Source of the DNA: Reclinomonas americana ATCC 50394
Taxonomy: Eukaryota
Assembly: GCA_048213135.1 (NCBI GenBank)
Contig: PS015421.1
Coordinates: 57,669-77,668 of the forward strand
Direction of reading: 5' to 3'
DNA length: 20,000 bases
Shown here: one piece after another, positions 1-11,100 of the stretch
Numbering within the stretch: position 1 is the stretch's first letter
Layout of the letters: each line of letters begins with the position of its first letter
The notes under the pieces: model-generated
The model's database searches: none
What the model was told of the DNA's origin: nothing
The model's input: the letters and a program-made list of their open reading frames with translations, nothing else
Made by a program: the position numbers and the translations under genes

Positions 1-131
1 CTCCCTCTTCCCTTCTCTTCTTGTCTCCTCCTTCTCCCTTGTCTCCTCCTTCTCCCCTCCTCTCCCCCCTTTCTCTCCTTCGCCCTCCCCCTTTCCCTTC
101 TCCCCCCTCTGACGCCCTCTCCTTTTCCCAG
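1..131 (+). repeat. Intronic CT-rich polypyrimidine low-complexity tract ending in the CAG acceptor
   Basis: Almost entirely C/T; CTGAC branch-like motif at ~108 and cccAG at 127-131. Confidence 0.85.
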
Positions 132-3000
132 CGACACCGAGTATCGCAAGATCATTGCGGAGAAGGACCAGATGGTGTCGGCGTTGCACCAGTCGGTGGT
201 CGACTTGACGTCGGTGTTGCAGGATAAGGAGAGCACGATTGCGGAGCTGAAGAGCGGCTATCGCTCCATGCAGGACCTCATGTCACGACTCATGGTCTCT
301 TGTCATCGTCATACCCTCTCCTCCTGTGCTGTCGCTCACTCCTCTCTCTCTTTGTGTTGTGCCAGACCGAGTCACAATCACAGGCACTGGCTGTGGCGCA
401 TCTGCAGGCCGCCGTGCACGGATCGGCAGTGGCGACAGCAGCGTCGGCGTCTGCGGCACCGGCATCACCACGCAAGCAGCAATCGCCGGCTCGATCGCAG
501 AGTTTTGTAAATGTGCGCTCGTTGACGCCGGCGGCCGCGGCCGCGGCGACGCCACCACCGACAGGAAGCCTGTCTCCACGGTTGCGTTCGTCGAGCCGTG
601 GTGGTGCGGACACGCCAGAGTCGCCGCGGGTCGGCAGCTTGCGGGATCTGTCGGCCGCCGGTATGGCACCGGCGGCGGCGGCGGCACCGACAGCGCTCTC
701 GCCCGTCTCGGGAGCCATTGCGATTGCGCCTGCGGCGAATCGGCGCAGCAGCTTGGCCGAGGTGGCACCGCGCACGGCGTCTCCGAAAAAGGATCACGCC
801 CGCGCCGAGGTATAGAGTGTGCTGTGTGTAGACTCATTTGCAATCGCTGTTGCTGACCACTCATTGCATTCAACAGGCCCAATACCCACCTCGCAAAGCG
901 CCCACCGCCGAAGCTCTCGTGCCCGCTGCTCCCTCCCCGTCACCTGGCGTTGGTGCCGAGGCCGCCACAGTGTCGTCGTTGCCGAGTCCGCGCCGACGTG
1001 GCAGTGGCGTTGCGGTGGCTGTTTCACCGACTGCGGCCGCCGCACTCAGTGCCTCGCAGTCGGCACCGCCGTCCATGGCTCTGGGTGCAGTTGTTGCGGC
1101 TGCCCCCGCAAGTGCCGCGCCGGTGCCACATCCAATCGTACCGACTCTGTCGCTGGCGTCGGCCGGTCTGTCGAGCCCCGTGAGCAACGCCAAGCATTCG
1201 CCTCGCATGTCACCACGCAGCATCTCGTCGGGCCGGCCACCAGTCGGTCTCACGGGCGGCAGTTCACCCCGCCACTTTGCCACTCAGTCGTCGTCGGTGG
1301 CGGTGGCGGTGGCAGTGGCGCCCGGCTCACCCGCTCCCGAGGTGACGGAGACCGTGTCGGACAGCGAGGCCCCGTTGAGTGCTGGCCGCCGACCACCACT
1401 CGGCACCTCGGCCGACCGTCCACGCACACCACCTGCACAGCCGTCTGCGTCGCCCACGGTTTCCCCATTACGGCCGCGCACCGGCACTCCCATGCGTTCC
1501 AATCCCGAAACTCGTCGCAATATCATTAATCAGCTACACTCCAAAATCCCCCGCAAGACCGGCAGTCCGGTGCCGCCTGCAAGTGGCGACAGCGGCAGTG
1601 GCCTGACCAGTGTTCACACCGCCCCTCCAGGCCTGCTGCTGGCACAAATAAGAGAGGCGCAGGCGCAGGATGAGTCGCTGGCGGCGTCACCAGGTGAGCG
1701 GGTACTCTCGAAAGGTCCCACATATCCAGTTGTGTGGTCTCACGCGCCTTTCTTTTCCCCCGCGACAGACTTGCTACGTGTGAGTCGAATAAGTGGTGGA
1801 GGTGGTGCTGATGACGATGCGTCGGCGGGTGGCTCCGATCGGAGAGCATCGCTCAATTCGTCGTTTGAGAGCTCACTGGCAGACGATGGGCGGTCCTCGG
1901 CGCTCATGTCACTGCACTCTCCTCGGAGGAATTCAGCGCGCGACATTGTGGCCAGCTCCATGGAGGAGCGGCGCGATCCGTCGCCTGAACTCGCCATTCC
2001 GCAAGTGTCGAGCCTGTTGCCACCGTCGGCCGAGCTGCAGCGTCGCTTGTCACATCAGAAATCGTTGCGTGCTGTGCGCACTTGTTGTGTTGTCGCTCAC
2101 ATGTCTCCTCACTTGTGACACACCAGACCAACGAGCGCCGACTATACGGTTTTGTGCCCGACGTGTGGCCGCAAGGTTCCACTCGAGCGTTTTGAGAAGC
2201 ACGAGCAAATGTGCCAGAAGAACGATTCAGCGGTGCGTGTGTGCTATTGGGGTGATGCGCAATAAGTGGTAATGGCGTCATCCTCAATCATCGTGCAGAA
2301 ACGTGCCGTGTACGGCTCGGTAAGTTCGATTCCTAGTCCGGGCTCGGCCACCGGACCCGCCACCCCGCAGTCCAGCAGTGCGGCGAGCAGCGCCAGCAGT
2401 TCATCGTCAACAACACCAAGTGGCAATCCACCTGGGCCCACCTCCGCGTCCAGTCAGCCAGCCACATTACCGCGGCCCAAGGCGCACAGCAATGGTCGAA
2501 CGGCGTCTGTGGGTGGCGCGGCTGCTACGGGCGACGGTCGCTCACCGCGCGCCTCACCACCCAGTAGTCCACCCACCACAGCATCGAGGCAGGCAAGGCA
2601 GAGCCCGCCACCTGCCAACGGGCGTGCTTCGGCGCGACCATTGTCGTTTAGTGGCAGCTCGCTGGCGGCCAGCAAGAACATGCCTGCGGATTCTGTTGTG
2701 CGGAGCAGCGGGTCAACCTCACCCACTGGATTTACACGTGCTGCTGGTGCCTCTGCATCGGCACTGCCGATGCCGGCCTCCTCAGCTCGTTCACCAACAC
2801 GGCAACCCTCGTCGGCGACCGGCATTCCTTCACTGTTGCGCTTTGGGAGTCTGTGTGTTTGATCCTCTCTGCCTTGTTTTTGCTGACGAGGACGCCGACA
2901 TTGCAGCAGATCGGCCCAACAACGACTCGTCCGGTCATCGCGCCCCGTAAGTGCGTCGGGCAGCGGTGCGCCAGCCACCAACGGTAGCAGTAGCCGGTAG
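132..3000 (+). CDS. 5'-truncated protein with an N-terminal coiled coil, long Ser/Pro/Ala-rich disordered regions and one C2HC zinc finger
   Basis: GT-AG spliced exons 132-294, 366-809, 877-1693, 1769-2063, 2127-2232, 2299-2834, 2907-3000 (TAG). The first exon reads DTEYRKIIAEKDQMVSALHQSVVDLTSVLQDKESTIAELKSG (heptad-like). Exon 2127-2232 reads TVLCPTCGRKVPLERFEKHEQMC, matching the CxxC-x11-H-x3-C pattern of zf-C2HC_2. The last intron is less certain; unspliced, the stop is at 2862. Confidence 0.75.
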
Positions 3001-3122
3001 CAGTGGGTGGTGGTGGTGGAGGAGGCGGATGTACGAAAAATACCCAAATGAGAATCGCGCACGATAGGCTCCACGAATGCAAGCTGAATCCAGTCATTTA
3101 TGATAGATTTCGGTTCCAGCCG

Positions 3123-5218
3123 TCACACCTTGTAGTACGCTCCCATTCCCTGCGTATCGTCGTGATCTACCTTGGCTTGGGCCATGGACCGCTTACTGCC
3201 CGACCGTCGCCGACGCCGGCACCACCACTTATCCCAACATGATGCCGAGATCTGCTGCACGTCGCCGCTGTCGCCGCGGTGCAACAGGGAGGTGGCCGAG
3301 TGCGTGCGACCCGAGGCCGTGTCGTCAAACGGGTCGCCGCCCGACTCGCCGTCATCGTCTCGCGTGAAGCTGTGCGGGCAGATGCGACGGCCGATTCCAC
3401 GCACCAAATCGGTGAAGAGAGTGCGGCCGACTCGTCGCACACCGCGTCGGCTGCGATGCAAACCGCGACCCTCGCTCTTCAGCTGGTACACCAAGCGGTT
3501 GCAGTGTTGCGAGAGGCGGAAGCGCGGATACAGATCGCTCTGCATGCTCACGTAGACGTGCCGCTGAGCCTCGTCAAACGTGCGCGCATGTGTCCGTTTC
3601 TGCGCAAAGTCTTCCACAATGGCCGATCGCAGCACGTCTGCCCATGGGACGCCAGTGAGCAACTCGAGTCGCTGGTGACAGATGATGTGGTGTGCACACG
3701 CGTACCTGAAATGTTGATCTCTCGCATCGACCCGTCGGCAATGAACCTGTCGAAAATGCTCTGCGCCAGCCCCTCCCACGCCGGTGTGCCCTCTCTTCGG
3801 TGTAATTCGTCGACCTGCACATACACACACTCCCAGCATGAATCGACGAGCTGCAATGTGGGTGTGCGGCACCGCAGACGCAACAGCCAAGTAAAACATC
3901 AAGTTCTCCTCGGCATACGACTCCTCGAGGTAGGCCTCTGTGGACGCACACCCCGTGGTGAGAGAACACACATGAGAGAGAGAGAGAGAGAGTGAAAAGG
4001 AGAGAGAGAGCTAGAGGGAGAGAGACGAATGGAGAGAGAGAGAGGAGGGGTGCTCGTGTCGTGGAGGGAGAAAACACGCACCGAAATAAAAGAGACCGAG
4101 TGGGTCGCGAATGAGGTCCTTGACTTGCTTTGGTAATACCTGCACGGAGATGAGTGAGTGTGTTACTTGCAGGCGAGAAAGCCATGCAGCAGACCGTGGT
4201 CTCTGTGAGCCCAAACACCAGAGCAATTGCCAGACCTGCGACAATCGGAGGGTGAGGACAAGGACCTGAGCTTACCCTTCTTGTCTCTTTCTACTCCTCC
4301 TCCCTTCCATGTCCCCTCCTCTTTCTCTCCTTGTGCTATCCCCTCTTATCGTCCTTCTTCCGCTTTTCTCTCCCCTCTGTCACAATACGAAGGACATATA
4401 GCACTCACCGCTGAGGCCCTTCGAGACAACGGCAAACCACACCAACACGTTGGTGGCCGACGTGGCATCGACCGAGTCCATCAGGCGGTACGCCAGTGGG
4501 AACACCCAAAACGCCACAAAGAGCACAATGTACCTGTTCCACAGGTGAGCACCACGACACGGACAAACGTGACTGGCCACCACGCCGCCACGCAACACAA
4601 TGGTCTGCTTCTTGGCGCGGATGGTGGCCAGGTACACGGATGGCGGAATGGAGCCGAGATTGGGTGAGCCGCGGAGAATCATGGACATGCGCATGGCCGG
4701 CTGATCGCCGTTGCGTCGCGAGGCCACTGCAGCAGAATGATTGTGAAAATAAGCAACACAAGGCAATAAGGAATAGATACACTGCTGGAGCACGCAACGT
4801 GAGGTGCGGTTCGCGGCGCCATCGAGAATGTGCTGCTCAAAACCGTCAGAAGCAAGAACAAGGGAGATGAGTCGAAGAGGGCGGCTTTTGATACTCACCG
4901 AGCGGACCATCATCCACGACGCTTCGGTGGAGTTGCGCGGTTGTTCGGTTCGGGCTGCAGTGGTGGCGGGGGCTCGAGACGCCTCGCCTCGCGGCGTCGT
5001 GACCATCTCGGACATCTCCACTGAGCGGTCGACGGCCAAGCGTGGCGTTGCGACAGGTGTCGCCGGCGCCGTCGGCGGCAGCAGCACCACGGTTGGGGGC
5101 GCAAATGTCACGGTGGCCTCGCGCCTCGGCGCCGCCGGTGATGTGGGGATGGAGGAGCTGGGATCGGTGGGACGCGGTGACATCATGGGCGACTCTGCCA
5201 CGGCTCCAGTCGACAGTG
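3123..5218 (-). CDS. C-terminal half of a 7TM-RGS protein (end of ICL3, TM6, TM7, RGS domain, C-tail)
   Basis: Exons 5218-4899, 4832-4799, 4726-4597, 4533-4409, 4235-4195, 4139-4082, 3937-3885, 3814-3706, 3637-3123. TM6 is AKKQTIVYIVLFVAFWVFPLAYRL and TM7 is VLVWFAVVSKGLSGLAIALVFGLT. RGS motifs: LIRDPLGLFYFEAYLEESYAEENLMFYLAVDE, AQSIFDRFIADGSMREINIS, FDEAQRHVYVSMQSDLYPRF. Confidence 0.88.
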
Positions 5219-5224
5219 CTGCGG

Positions 5225-5416
5225 GTGAGAGGGGGAAGGAGAAAGAGAGGGGGAAGGAGAGGGAGAGGGAGAGGGAGAGGGAGAGAAGAAGGGGAGGGGG
5301 AGGGAGGGGGAGAGGGAGAGGGAGAGGGAGAGGGAGAGGGAGAGGGAGAGGGAGAGGAGAGGAGAGGAGAGGAGAGGAGATGAGAGGAGAGGAGAGGAGA
5401 GGAGATGAGAGGAGAG
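5225..5416. repeat. (GAGAGG)n/(GGAGA)n polypurine microsatellite abutting an assembly gap
   Basis: Seen directly; intronic polypyrimidine tract on the minus strand. Confidence 0.95.
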
Positions 5417-5436
5417 NNNNNNNNNNNNNNNNNNNN
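5417..5436. other. Assembly gap (20 N)
   Basis: N run. Confidence 1.
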
Positions 5437-7183
5437 ATGGTCGCGACTTGTGTTCCTCGCCTCCTTTGCATACACTCTGCAAGCGGTGTTTGCTGTGTGG
5501 CGAGGCGCAGGAGGGTAATGAGCACCTCCTCCTCTCTCATTTACTCACAAGCTCTCTCTCACACACATATGTCTGCGCAGGCAAAGTGGATGCGCGGAGG
5601 CTGGTGCGCTCGACCACTACTCGAGCTTGGCGGTCATCACGTGGCAGATTACGATGGTCATTGCGGTGTACATGAATGTCATTCGACAGGTCCGCTATCA
5701 CGACTCCTCCTTGTCTTCGGATCTGTGCTCATTGCGCCTTTCGTGTGCCTTGGTGTGTGTGTATGTGTGTGTGTGTGTGTGTGTGTGTTTGTAGGATAAG
5801 CGCGTGTCGTCGTTCCGCTGGCACATGTACTTCACGGTGCTGTGCTATGGCCTCCCGCTGGTGGTGGTCGTGGTGCTGTACATTGTGCAGCGGACGACTG
5901 GAATCCTTGTGTATGGCTCGCCGGCCTCGGTCGATGACTGGTGTGTGTGTGTGCCATCTGTTGCTGATCATGCGTGTCTATGCGCTCTCTCACGTGTGAC
6001 ATGACGTAGGTGTTCCATTGGCAACGACAGCGCTGTGTTGCACATTTTCGGCGTGCTTATCTACACTGGCGTTGGCGAGGTCTTTACGCATTCCTCCGCC
6101 ATGCGTTTGTGGATGCTTGTCTATCTCACGGTGCGCTCTTCTTTGCGCACGCAGGTTGTCTACGTTGTCGTGTGGATTGCTCTGGCTCGCTCGGCGTCAC
6201 GCGCCAAGTCCATGATTATGAAGGTGAGTGAGTGAGAGAGAGAGAGAGAAAGAGAGTGTGTGTGTGTGTGTGTGAAGACGTGCCCATCAGCCTTCTTCTC
6301 ACCGCACCAACTCACCCACGCTGACAACACGCAGTTTGTGACCCGTAATCGCGAGTCCATGGACGCCATTGAAACTCGCAGCGATCTCGAAATGCTCCGA
6401 GTACGTCGCTCCTCCTCCCTCTCTCTCTCTCTCCTCCCCCTTACTCTCATCATCCCTCTCCACCGCAGAACGACGACACGGGAAGTCTCTTTAGCGGCGC
6501 GCAAGATGGCGACGAGGACGAGGAGGAGGGGGGCGGGGAGGAGGACGTGGGTGCAGGGAAAGGTGCACCGTCCGCTGCCGGCTACGTCGGGGCACCGCGC
6601 GGAGGCTCCATTGCGTCGGGTGCCTTGCCCATGACACCTGTGGCGGCGGGTTTCGGCTTGGCCACCTCCGACGTCCCTCGAGATTTCCTCACCGTGCCCG
6701 GCAATCGCCTGAGCTCGACACCGATTGCGATCCCACAGACGGCGCCCGGTGGACGGGCCAATTCGTTTGATCACGCACTCGCTGCGGACTCTGCGTCGGT
6801 CAACAGCCACGCACTCCAGATGCCGGCGGCGTCACTCCCACACGATGCACCCGTGCGCCCCATGTCGACCCGCCGTATTCTACGATCGCCGGAGCAAATC
6901 ATGCAAGAGAAACGCGCCTCGCATCGACGCAGCCGTGCCGTTCGCATCGACGAGCGGCGCATGACGTTGCGACAGGAGACAGTGGAGTTTCTGCGTGCCC
7001 TCCAGCCGCAAGATGACACGCTGTTCGAGGACATGCTGTGGAGGCAGTTGCGATCGCTCGTGTTGAGGGATGCAGTGTGATCAGCCGCATTCGTCGCTCA
7101 TACTCTTGGTGCATGCAGATCTCGCTACTTTCGCCCGGCTGACACCATGCAAGCGCTCCTGGTTGCCGCACTGGAACCTGTTG
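5437..7183 (+). CDS. N-terminal/middle part of a cAMP-receptor-like GPCR (TM2-TM5 and start of a long ICL3); probably the same gene as 3123-5218
   Basis: Exons 5437-5514, 5581-5689, 5795-5940, 6010-6079, 6155-6223, 6335-6400, 6469-7046, 7119-7183. Translation: WSRLVFLASFAYTLQAVFAVW..GCAEAGALDHYSSLAVITWQITMVIAVYMNV..MYFTVLCYGLPLVVVVVLYIV..VYG..DWCSIG..LHIFGVLIYTGVGEVVYVVVWIAL. The TM3 Cys, the TM4 GLP and the ECL2 WC are typical of CAR/secretin-like receptors. Confidence 0.82.
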
Positions 7184-7287
7184 GTGCGTCCATGTCTAGT
7201 GTCCAATCCTGTCGATCATGCCCTCACGCCCCCCTCTCGTATCTTTTTCCTCTCCTCTCCCTCTCTTCCTCCTTTCACCCTCTCGTT

Positions 7288-7431
7288 TCTCCTCTCGTCT
7301 CCTCTCCTCTCGTCTCCTCTCCTCTCCTCTCCTCTCCTCTCCTCTCCTCTCCTCTCGTCTCGTCTCGTCTCCTCTCCTCTCCTCTCCTCTCCTCTCCTCT
7401 CCTCTCCTCTCCTCTCCTCTCCTCTCCTCTC
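7288..7431. repeat. (CCTCT)n pentanucleotide microsatellite abutting an assembly gap
   Basis: Seen directly; reverse complement of the repeat unit at ~5350-5416. Confidence 0.95.
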
Positions 7432-7740
7432 NNNNNNNNNNNNNNNNNNNNNNNNNNNNNNNNNNNNNNNNNNNNNNNNNNNNNNNNNNNNNNNNNNNNN
7501 NNNNNNNNNNNNNNNNNNNNNNNNNNNNNNNNNNNNNNNNNNNNNNNNNNNNNNNNNNNNNNNNNNNNNNNNNNNNNNNNNNNNNNNNNNNNNNNNNNNN
7601 NNNNNNNNNNNNNNNNNNNNNNNNNNNNNNNNNNNNNNNNNNNNNNNNNNNNNNNNNNNNNNNNNNNNNNNNNNNNNNNNNNNNNNNNNNNNNNNNNNNN
7701 NNNNNNNNNNNNNNNNNNNNNNNNNNNNNNNNNNNNNNNN
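7432..7740. other. Assembly gap (309 N)
   Basis: N run. Confidence 1.
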
Positions 7741-7810
7741 TGCACACACAGACGCACTTTCTCTCTCTCCTGTCACTCTTTGTGAATTTTTGTCAGTCTC
7801 ACTCTTACAA

Positions 7811-8028
7811 ATGCCGAGAGGAGCACTTGTTGTTGTGTTGCTCGTTCTTGTGGTTGTGCAGTGTGTGTGTGCGCGGTCGTTGTTGCGCGGTGGTGTGGAG
7901 GAGCAGGAGGGTGAGTGCACACGTGAAGGAGAGTGAGAGAGAAAGTCCGAACATGTGAAGGAGAGGGAGGGAGAAGAGAGAGAGAGAGAGAGAGCGACTC
8001 GCAGGAGAAATAGGTGATACTTAACCTT

Positions 8029-8069
<41 letters not shown>

Positions 8070-8153
8070 CATACACATATACACTTGCACAGAGAGAGAG
8101 AAAGGAAGAGTCAAGACTACTCTCACTGTGAGAAAGCAGCTTGCAGGTCTATC

Positions 8154-8190
<37 letters not shown>

Positions 8191-11100
8191 GCACGCGCAC
8201 ACACACACAGAGAATCGGAGCAATCATGCATGCGTTCATCACGATCATTCTCAGTCTCTCCTCATTCTCTCCTTATACCTTGACTCTCACTCCCTCCTTC
8301 TCCCCTTAGCTCTCCCTTCTCTCTCTCGTTCACCTCTTCCGTGCTTCTCTCCCTCCCATTGCCTCTCCCTTCTCCCCGCTCCCTCCTTCCACCCTTTCCC
8401 CTCACCTGTCTCTCGTTCACCTCATCCTTGCTTCTCTCTCTCCCTCTCCCTCCATCGCTTCTCCCCTCACCTCCCTCCCCTTTCCCTTTCCCATTTAGCA
8501 TTCCTCGACGACCACTACCTGCACCACACTGAGGGCGCTGACGTGCGCGAGGCCAGTGTGTACGTGAGCGACAATGGACGCGGCTTTGTGGTCCGCGAGG
8601 GTCTCAATCAGAGCGCGCTGGCGTGGGGCTCGTTCCGCGACGAGATCCACAGCACTGGATGGGGCCGTCTGAGTGTCAGCACCAATGGAGACTTTTCGTG
8701 AGTCTCGTCGCGCACTCTCTCTCTCTCTTTGCCCTCTGGCCTGACGACTGCTTCTCCGTCGTGCTGCAGCAACGTGCAGCAAGCCGAGGGCGCCGGCTTC
8801 CTGGAGTCGTACTTCACGTCGCACCTCATGTACCTCATGCACCGCAACTACATGCGCGGTGCCTTCCCCAAGGGCATTCCCGACTACGTGCACAAGTTCC
8901 TGGAGAAGAACTTGGCGTGGTACGACTCGCAGGTCGCCGCCTCTCATTCACAAGCCGGTGAGCAAGCAGCTGTAGAGCGAGTGGCATCGTCCTTGCCCTT
9001 GTTTCATGATTTCTTTGCAGATGAGGCGGCGTTCTGGAAGGCTGCTGGCGTCGTGCGCGCGCAGATTCACGGTCTGGCGCTGGGCTACGCGGCCTATCAC
9101 GCTGCTGGACAGGTATCGTCTGCATGAATACGCATCGTGAGGTCATCATCTCTGCTGTTTGACACGAGGCTTCGCAGGCAATGACCGAGGCGGAGATCTA
9201 CGCCCTCTCGGCGCAATCCGACATTGAGGACATTGACAGCTACCTGGGTCCGCAGTCGGCTGGTCGCCGGCGGTCGCCCTTCCGCTCCAATGTTCCCGAG
9301 AACCTGCGCCTCACAGACTGCTCCGGCCTCGTGCGGGTACGCGGAGAGCAGGCGATCGGTGTACTTGTGTCCTTGCTCACTTTTTTTGTGCATCCACCCA
9401 GCTGCTGCCCGGCAACTCGAATGTGTTCATCGGGCACGCTACGTGGTGGTCGTATTACGGGATGCTTCGTATCTGGAAGTCGTACTCGTTTAACTTTGAC
9501 AAGCAACCGACGCGAGTGTTGCGTGCATTGCTCTGCCCCCTTTCGTGTGTGTGTGTGTGTGTGTGTATGTGTCTGCGGCATGTTGTTCATCGCTGCTTGT
9601 GTCACAGCGCATTCAGCTCGTACCCCGGATTTGTAATCTCCACGGACGACTTTTACACCACGGCCAAGTTGCGCAAACTCCTTGCCTCACNNNNNNNNNN
9701 NNNNNNNNNNNNNNNNNNNNNNNNNNNNNNNNNNNNNNNNNNNNNNNNNNNNNNNNNNNNNNNNNNNNNNNNNNNNNNNNNNNNNNNNNNNNNNNNNNNN
9801 NNNNNNNNNNNNNNNNNNNNNNNNNNNNNNNNNNNNNNNNNNNNNNNNNNNNNNNNNNNNNNNNNNNNNNNNNNNNNNNNNNNNNNNNNNNNNNNNNNNN
9901 NNNNNNNNNNNNNNNNNNNNNNNNNNNNNNNNNNNNNNNNNNNNNNNNNNNNNNNNNNNNNNNNNNNNNNNNNNNNNNNNNNNNNNNNNNNNNNNNNNNN
10001 NNNNNNNNNNNNNNNNNNNNNNNNNNNNNNNNNNNGCAAACAGACTGGTGCTGATCTTCACTGTGTCGTGCTATACAGCAAGCTCACCATCATCGAGACC
10101 ACCAATGACCTCTTCAACGACACGCTGATTCAGTACATTCAGCCGACCACCGTGCTCTGCTTTGCGCGCATGTACATTGCGAACCTGGTGGCCACGTTGC
10201 GTCCGTGGTGTCGTGTCGTGTGTCGTGTCGCACGCAGTTCTCGACAATTAACCGCTGGCTATCCTGCACGACAGCAATGGACAAGAGTGGGCACACTATT
10301 TTGGCATGCACAACTCGTTGCGTATCTTTCTTGGTCGTCCTCACACGCACCGGCAATACCTGACGCTGCCTTTCTTGACTATTTCATGTCGCTCCCTCTC
10401 CTTGCCTCTTTCCTCTCGTAGTGGAACCTACAACAACCAGGTGAGGTCGTTTTTCCTCGACAATCTCCCTGTTTTGCTATCGTCCTCTCTCACACACACA
10501 CGCACGCCTCGCTTCTGTTCTTCTCCGCAGTATATTGTGATGGATGGCAAGCGATTCCAGGCAGGCAGCCCACCCTCCAGTGGCTTCCTGTGGGTCCTCG
10601 AGCAGATTCCGGGCAAGGTGGTGCAGTTGCGTTGCAGGAGGAGGGGGCATGTCTGTATCTCCCTTGTTTTTGACTGCGTTCCTCTGACCGTCGCCCACTT
10701 TGCAGGCAAGATATGACGCCGTTCTTGGTGCAGCACGGCTACTTCCCCTCGTACAATGTTGCGGTCAGCGCAGAGATGCCCTTTTCGCGAGGTGATATTC
10801 TCAAACACACACACCACCCCCCCCCCCCCCTTCGTTCCTCTTTGTGCCTGCAGATCCCCTACTTCCAGGAGATTTACGATGACAGCGGGTGAGTCCATTG
10901 TTGGTGGAGAGCGCACGGATACAGAAGGAATCGTGCACAAAAGAGAAAGGAGAAATCAAATCACCACTTTCGTAGGTAGGTTACAAGTACTTTCTCCCTC
11001 CTTATGCCTCGTTCCTCGCCACCTTGGGTTAATGAGGGAAAGCGGGTAGAGCGACTACTTCATTCCTCGGGACTGCCTATTGGTGCCTCACTATCTCCGA

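Noticed and set aside
4804-5799. RG/ER-repeat ORF and other long ORFs spanning microsatellites or N gaps
   Set aside because: Artefacts of (GAGAG)n repeats, N runs and antisense GC-rich coding sequence.
581-7887. Exonic GTTGCG hexamers (e.g. 581, 1009, 1093, 6966, 7882) as additional donors
   Set aside because: Reading frames continue sensibly without splicing, and the phase of 7882 does not fit the next acceptor. The hexamer alone is not sufficient.
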